64,000 nucleotides of DNA. It comes from an uncultured Candidatus Saccharibacteria bacterium. GTDB taxonomy: Bacteria > Patescibacteriota > Dojkabacteria > SC72 > JAFGCJ01. The notes beneath the pieces are model-generated. The model did not search any database. It was not told where the DNA came from and saw only the letters and a list, made by a program, of their open reading frames with translations. Shown here piece after piece: positions 58,529 through 64,000 of the stretch. The DNA lies in contig CAYZTC010000001.1 of assembly GCA_964481345.1 (NCBI GenBank), forward strand, positions 142,188 through 206,187. The letters are read 5' to 3'. Each line of letters begins with the position of its first letter. Position 1 is the first letter of the stretch. Both the position numbers and the translations under genes were made by a program.

Positions 58529-61500
58529 ATGAAAGAACCAACAACAAATTCTGCAGGTAGGTACAATTTAGGTTCCATCGATCCACTCATTCCACTGCCA
58601 AACCTAATAGAAGCTCAGAAGAAATCATTTGGAAGATTTATTGATGGAGGAATGAAGATTCTGTTTGATGAGATTTCTCCTGTGAAAGATACGTTGGGGC
58701 GAATGTGGACATTAGAGTTTGGTAAATATAGGTATGGTAAACCGAATAGGTCTCCAGGGGAAGCTGTAGAAAAGAACCTTTCTCACGATGCACCACTTTA
58801 TGTAACTTTTCGACTAACAAATGAGAGAACTGATGAAATAAAGGAGGAGGAGATTTTCGTTGCGGATATGCCAATAATGACTGACAGTGGAACTTTTGTC
58901 TTTAATGGAGTTACTAAGGTGGTTGTTCATCAGATTGTCAGAGCTGAGGGTGTACTTTTTGATGAGTGTAAATATAAAGCACCTGATAGAAAACTATATT
59001 CTGCTAGATTGATGCCAACAAGGGGTCCATGGTTTGAGTTTGAGGTAAACAAAAACGATGTGATGATGATAAGGTTAGTAAATAAGAGACCTAAGGTTTT
59101 AGTGACGACATTGCTTAGAGTTCTTGGTTTTTCAACGGATGACGATATAAAAAAACTGTTTAAGGGTGTACTTGGAGTGGAGCACGACCTTATCGAGTCT
59201 ACGCTAGAGAAAGACGCTACTATCAATAGAGAACAGGCAATAATAGAGATTTATAATAAGATACGGCCTGATGAGTCTGTTACTCTTGAGTCTGCAGAAA
59301 AGTATATAAAAGGGTTCTTTTTTGATACAAGAAGATTTGATCTTGGGGAAATTGGTAGATACCAGATTAATAAGAAGCTAGATCTTGATTTCAAGATGAA
59401 ACCAGAGAACTTCAGGCTTTTTGTTGAGGATGTTGTTGCAATAATAAAGTCACTTGTCGAAGTAAATAACGGAATTAGATCTCCTGACGATATTGATAGT
59501 CTAGCAAATAGAAGAGTTAGAAGTGTTGGTGAGATAATGGTTGATGAGTTTAGGGTGGGTGTAAGAAGGATGGAAAAGACAATAAGAGATAGGATGAGTA
59601 TGCATGGAGAGGATGAAAAGGTTACTCCTTCAATGCTTATCAGTACCAAGCCTATTACAGCAGCAATTAACAGTATGTTTGGTACTGGTCAGTTCTCAAG
59701 ATTTATGGAACAGAATAACATTTTGTCTGAGTTAGCACATAAAAGAGAGGTAACTGCCGCCGGTCCAGGTGGTTTGACGAAGGAAAGAGCAACATTTTCA
59801 GTAAGGGATGTCCATTTTTCTCATTACTCAAGGTTTTGTCCAGTTCAAACTCCTGAGGGTCAAAATGTTGGTTTAGTATTGCAGCTTTCTTTGTATGCAA
59901 GGATTAATGATTTTGGATTTGTTGAGGCACCTTATGTAAAAGTATTGCAAAAGGTTAAGAGTAATAAGACCTCACTTGTTGGAAGGATCCCGCTTTCCGA
60001 TGTAAAAACCAAAAGAGGAAAAGTTTTAGCAAAGGGTGGAAAAATAATTGACGAAAAAACAGCTGACAAGATAGTAAGTGAAAAATCTATAAAAGAAGTT
60101 GAAGTTAGGTCTTTTAGAAGCGACGAGGTTGAGTATTTAGATGCATCTGATGAACTTGAGCATGTAGTTTCCATGTCTACATTAGATATGGATGAGTATG
60201 GGAATATTAAAGATAAACTTGTTTCAGTAAGGGCTGAGGGTCACTTTTTTGTTAGGCCAGCTCAAGATGTTGATTTGATGGATGTAGTGCCATCTCAGAT
60301 GGGTGGGCTATCTCTTGCCACAATTCCCGGAGTGCCCAATGACTACTCATATCGTGTAATGATGGGTTCAAACATGCAGAAACAGGCGGTACCTTTAATT
60401 AAAAATGAGTCAGCAATAGTAGGCACTGGCTATGAAGATGTAATTGGCAAGGAGTCTGGCTGGGGAATCTACTCAGAGGGTGATGGTGAGGTGGAGTATG
60501 TTGACGGCAAAAAAGTAATTGTTAAATACGACGGAGTTGGTAAGCCTGGAGAATATGAAATAACATCATTTTTTGGTACAAACCAGGGAACATGTTATGC
60601 CCAAAGACCAGTTGTTGATGTGGGGCAAAAGGTGAAAGAAGGAGATGTTTTGGTCGATGGTCCCAGTATGGAAAATGGTGAAATGGCATTAGGTACAAAC
60701 ATTGTTAGTGCATACATGTTTTTTGAGGGGTATGTATATGAGGATGGGTTCTTGATTTCTGAAAGACTAGTTCAAGATGATGTTCTAACCTCAATCCATA
60801 TTAAAAAGTACGAGCATGAAATCCAAGAGACTGATTTGGGTCCACAGATTATGACAAATGATATTCCTAATGTTAGCGAAAGAGCATTAAGAAACCTTGA
60901 TGAGAGAGGTATTGTAAGGGTTGGATCTAGAGTTCAATCACAGGATGTTCTTGTAGGCACAATTTCTCCAAAGGGAGAGCAAGAGCTTACCTCAGAAGAA
61001 AGACTTCTTAGGGCAATCTTTGGTGAACAAGCTAGTGATGTAAGGGACGTCTCGTTGAAATTACCACATGGTCAATCTGGTGTAGTAATAAAAACCCAAG
61101 AGTTATCTGCTGAAAATGATGACAAGCTATCCTCTGGTGTTATAAGACAGGTAAATGTGTGGGTAGCGCAGACAAAGAAAATTTCCTATGGAGATAAACT
61201 TGCAGGAAGGCATGGTGATAAAGGAACGATTGCTGGAATTCTTCCCGTCGAGGATATGCCATTTATGGAGGATGGTACTCCTATTGATATAGTTATTAAT
61301 CCAAATATTATTAAGAGAATGAATATTGGACAGCTATGGGAAGTAAGGCTTGCAAAGTTATCCGATGAACTTGGAATAAAAATTGCAGCTCCTAATTTTG
61401 AGGGCTTGAACATAAAATGGCTGTATGATCAATGTGAAAAAGAAGGGTTAGATACAGATGAAAGGGTAACTCTTTATGACGGTAGGACTGGTAGGAAGTT

Positions 61501-61924
61501 TCCAAGAAAAATTAAGGTTGGGCCAAAGTATACTGGCAAGCTTGAACATATTGCTGACATGAAAATACATGCGAGGTCAACAGGTCCATATACTTTAGTC
61601 ACCCAGCAGCCACTTGGTGGTAAGGCACAAATGGGTGGACAGAGGTTCGGAGAGATGGAGGTGTGGGCGCTTGAAGCACATGGTGTACCAAATACTTTGC
61701 AGGAAATGTTGACGATTAAGTCGGATGATATGAGAGGAAGAGCAGAAGCATACAAAGCGATCATTCATGGTGAAAAGGTTGAATCAGTTTCAACACCGGA
61801 AGCGTTTAAAGTGTTGGTTAAAGAGCTAAATGCACTGTCATTAAATATTGATTTAATTTATCAGGAAGATGAAGAAGATGGATTCGGAGAAAAGGCCGTT
61901 TCTACAAAAGAAGAGGAGAAATAA
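58529..61924 (+). CDS. rpoB: DNA-directed RNA polymerase beta subunit
   Basis: 1131 aa; conserved RpoB blocks throughout. Confidence 0.95.
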   Translation: MKEPTTNSAGRYNLGSIDPLIPLPNLIEAQKKSFGRFIDGGMKILFDEISPVKDTLGRMWTLEFGKYRYGKPNRSPGEAVEKNLSHDAPLYVTFRLTNERTDEIKEEEIFVADMPIMTDSGTFVFNGVTKVVVHQIVRAEGVLFDECKYKAPDRKLYSARLMPTRGPWFEFEVNKNDVMMIRLVNKRPKVLVTTLLRVLGFSTDDDIKKLFKGVLGVEHDLIESTLEKDATINREQAIIEIYNKIRPDESVTLESAEKYIKGFFFDTRRFDLGEIGRYQINKKLDLDFKMKPENFRLFVEDVVAIIKSLVEVNNGIRSPDDIDSLANRRVRSVGEIMVDEFRVGVRRMEKTIRDRMSMHGEDEKVTPSMLISTKPITAAINSMFGTGQFSRFMEQNNILSELAHKREVTAAGPGGLTKERATFSVRDVHFSHYSRFCPVQTPEGQNVGLVLQLSLYARINDFGFVEAPYVKVLQKVKSNKTSLVGRIPLSDVKTKRGKVLAKGGKIIDEKTADKIVSEKSIKEVEVRSFRSDEVEYLDASDELEHVVSMSTLDMDEYGNIKDKLVSVRAEGHFFVRPAQDVDLMDVVPSQMGGLSLATIPGVPNDYSYRVMMGSNMQKQAVPLIKNESAIVGTGYEDVIGKESGWGIYSEGDGEVEYVDGKKVIVKYDGVGKPGEYEITSFFGTNQGTCYAQRPVVDVGQKVKEGDVLVDGPSMENGEMALGTNIVSAYMFFEGYVYEDGFLISERLVQDDVLTSIHIKKYEHEIQETDLGPQIMTNDIPNVSERALRNLDERGIVRVGSRVQSQDVLVGTISPKGEQELTSEERLLRAIFGEQASDVRDVSLKLPHGQSGVVIKTQELSAENDDKLSSGVIRQVNVWVAQTKKISYGDKLAGRHGDKGTIAGILPVEDMPFMEDGTPIDIVINPNIIKRMNIGQLWEVRLAKLSDELGIKIAAPNFEGLNIKWLYDQCEKEGLDTDERVTLYDGRTGRKFPRKIKVGPKYTGKLEHIADMKIHARSTGPYTLVTQQPLGGKAQMGGQRFGEMEVWALEAHGVPNTLQEMLTIKSDDMRGRAEAYKAIIHGEKVESVSTPEAFKVLVKELNALSLNIDLIYQEDEEDGFGEKAVSTKEEEK

Positions 61925-64000
61925 CAATTTTGACGCAATAAAGGTAACGCTTGCTTCACCAGATCAAATACTCTCTTGGTCTCATGGTGAGGTTAAAAAG
62001 GCTGAAACAATAAATTATCGAACTCTTAAAACAGAAGTAGATGGGCTGATGTGTGAAAAGATATTTGGGCCCACAAAGAACTATGAGTGTTATTGTGGAA
62101 AATACCGAAAGGTAAGGTATAAAGGAATCATTTGTGATAAGTGTGGTGTTGAAGTAACTCATAAGGGTGTAAGAAGAGAAAGGATGGGACATATAAAACT
62201 GGCCGTTCCTGTCACTCATCTTTGGTTTGCATATAGTATTCCCAACAAGATTGCTACGGTACTGGATTTATCTCAGAAAATCCTACTTTCAGTCGTTTAT
62301 TACACAAGGTATATGGTAGTTGAGACGGATAAATCGAAGAAAAAAGAGATACTTCCATCGGTAGATAAAGAGCAGGAAGAAAGTGAGAAGAATTTAGACA
62401 AAGAGTTGAAGGACAAGATCTCTGAGATTGAGGGTGAGTATAAGAAACAGATTGGTAAGATTTCTAAATCAGAAAAGAACAAGGAAAAAGCGGAGTTCCA
62501 GTCAGAGACGCTTAAGCATGAGCAGAGTAAAAAGGTTGCCGCCTTAAGGAAAGAGTATGCAGAATTAGAGGAAAATCTGGCTGAAAAATATAATTCATTA
62601 AGAAAGCTTGTTGAAAGGATTGAGGTAAAAGAGATTCTTTCTGAAGATGAATATATTATTTTAAAAGAAAAGGATTACGAATTCTTTAGGGCAGAGATGG
62701 GTGCTCCAGCGATTAAAGAACTTCTGTCTCGAATCGATTTAGGAAAGGAGTCAAGGAAATTGAGAAATGCTATTAACTCAACTCAATCATCTGCGAAAAG
62801 AGCAAAACTTATTAACAGGATGAGACTTATAGAGGGCTTCACTAAGAATAATGTCAATCCAGAATGGATGGTTCTCGATGTTCTACCGGTATTGCCACCA
62901 GACTTAAGGCCAATAATTCAGCTTCCTGGTGGGAAGTTTGCGACATCTGACTTAAATGATCTCTATAGAAGGGTTATAAATAGAAATAATAGATTGAAAA
63001 GACTTATTGAAATAGGAGCCCCTGACGTTATTCTAAGAAACGAAAAAAGAATGCTTCAGGAATCTGTAGACTCACTGATTGATAATAGTCATAGACCAAG
63101 TAAGCCCTTTGTAAATCTTAGGAGAATGCCGTATAAGGCTTTAACAGATAACCTTAGAGGTAAAAAGGGAAGGTTTAGGAGAAATCTTTTGGGTAAAAGA
63201 GTCGATTATTCTGGTAGGGCTGTAATCATTGGCTCTTCAAAGCTTAGGCTTAATCAGTGCGGTATTCCTAAAACTATGGCTCTTGAGATGTTTAAACCCT
63301 TTGTAATAAGAAAGCTTATCGAAGAGGATGATGCACTAAATATTAGAATGGCAAAGCAAATGATAGATGATGAAGAAGATATAATTTGGGATATTCTTGA
63401 AGAGATTACAAAGGATAGACCGGTACTTCTTAATCGTGCACCAACACTACATAAGCAGGGTATTCAGGCGTTCTATCCAATACTTATTGAAGGTGACGCA
63501 ATCAGGATTCATCCACTTGTTTGTGGGGGCTTCAATGCTGACTTTGATGGTGACCAGATGGCAGTGCATATTCCTTTGACTGATGATGCAATTAAAGAGG
63601 CAAAAGAGGTGATGCTTGCCCAGGAAAATATTATTAAACAGGCAGATGGAAGTATACTATCTGTTCCTGTAAAAGGAATGCTTTTAGGGTTATTCATGCT
63701 TACTGAGATGAACGATGAAGATGAAAATCCAGTGACATTTGTCTCTCGAGATGAGGCTGTTTCAGCCTATGACCTGGGAGAAATATCACTTATTAAAAGA
63801 ATCGCATTGAAAATTGGTGGTAGGGTAATTGAGACTAGCACAGGTAGGATAATTTTCAATGAGGCGCTTCCTAAAGGTTATCCATTTGTAAATGAGCAAA
63901 TTAATAAGAAAATGACTGGGCAACTAATAAAGGATGTGGTTATGAATTACCCGAGGGATCAGGTGGTAGATGTGCTGGATAAAATTAAGGATTTGGGCTT
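61869..64000 (+). CDS. rpoC: DNA-directed RNA polymerase beta' subunit, 5' part (runs off window end); start overlaps rpoB 3' end
   Basis: Manual translation: MKKMDSEKRPFLQKKRRNNNFDAIKVTLASPDQILSWSHGEVKKAETINYRTLKTEVDGLMCEKIFGP..., zinc finger CYCGKY...CDKCG, catalytic NADFDGDQM at ~63530-63560; not in ORF track because unterminated. Confidence 0.9.
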   Translation, partial: MKKMDSEKRPFLQKKRRNNNFDAIKVTLASPDQILSWSHGEVKKAETINYRTLKTEVDGLMCEKIFGPTKNYECYCGKYRKVRYKGIICDKCGVEVTHKGVRRERMGHIKLAVPVTHLWFAYSIPNKIATVLDLSQKILLSVVYYTRYMVVETDKSKKKEILPSVDKEQEESEKNLDKELKDKISEIEGEYKKQIGKISKSEKNKEKAEFQSETLKHEQSKKVAALRKEYAELEENLAEKYNSLRKLVERIEVKEILSEDEYIILKEKDYEFFRAEMGAPAIKELLSRIDLGKESRKLRNAINSTQSSAKRAKLINRMRLIEGFTKNNVNPEWMVLDVLPVLPPDLRPIIQLPGGKFATSDLNDLYRRVINRNNRLKRLIEIGAPDVILRNEKRMLQESVDSLIDNSHRPSKPFVNLRRMPYKALTDNLRGKKGRFRRNLLGKRVDYSGRAVIIGSSKLRLNQCGIPKTMALEMFKPFVIRKLIEEDDALNIRMAKQMIDDEEDIIWDILEEITKDRPVLLNRAPTLHKQGIQAFYPILIEGDAIRIHPLVCGGFNADFDGDQMAVHIPLTDDAIKEAKEVMLAQENIIKQADGSILSVPVKGMLLGLFMLTEMNDEDENPVTFVSRDEAVSAYDLGEISLIKRIALKIGGRVIETSTGRIIFNEALPKGYPFVNEQINKKMTGQLIKDVVMNYPRDQVVDVLDKIKDLG

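Overview
This 64 kb window is low-GC chromosomal DNA with hallmarks of a small-genome, CPR/Patescibacteria-like bacterium. It contains the replication origin and a large housekeeping backbone, plus two accessory regions that look novel.

Origin region: dnaA and dnaN are separated by a histidine kinase, with an OmpR-type response regulator just past dnaN. DnaA-box clusters flank dnaA on both sides. The conserved rpmH-rnpA-yidD-yidC-jag cluster diverges from dnaA.

Housekeeping genes: valS, metG, a YbaK-type deacylase, rpoD, dnaG, a RodZ-like protein, ftsK, rpoB and the start of rpoC. Two tRNAs (Asn-GTT, Ser-CGA) and a tmRNA lie on the minus strand.

Other modules:
- An AmmeMemoRadiSam operon (radical SAM, MEMO1-like, AMMECR1, then a P-loop kinase) at the left end.
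- A cell-envelope glycan cluster: a CapA-like phosphoesterase, a 1013-aa epimerase/TM/extracellular fusion protein, a PEGA protein and a WecA/MraY-family transferase.
- pilN/pilO-like genes.

Most notable region, about 32.5-39.2 kb, directly downstream of the tmRNA 3' end:
- Three paralogous cassettes, each with a near-consensus sigma70 promoter, a conserved leader and a different small ORF. The promoter/palindrome/leader and the terminator hairpin are read directly from the sequence; treating them as one cassette family or island is inference.
- Each leader starts with the palindrome ATTGATGG-N11-CCATCAAT.
- Each cassette ends in a conserved bidirectional terminator.
- The terminators are flanked by degenerate direct repeats that resemble the tmRNA 3' end.
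- The region also holds a GIY-YIG gene, an FAD-dehydrogenase/CofE-like pair and a pentapeptide-repeat pore-like protein.
- It reads like a tmRNA-targeted island or serial-integration array with a shared regulatory leader.

Second modular repeat system, about 25.7-28.0 kb: promoter-like element A and a ~100-bp structured element B flank two unrelated genes. One gene carries a stand-alone sigma-70 region-4 domain that is about 75% identical to the region 4 of the RpoD encoded in this window.

metG has no canonical start codon upstream of its HIGH motif.
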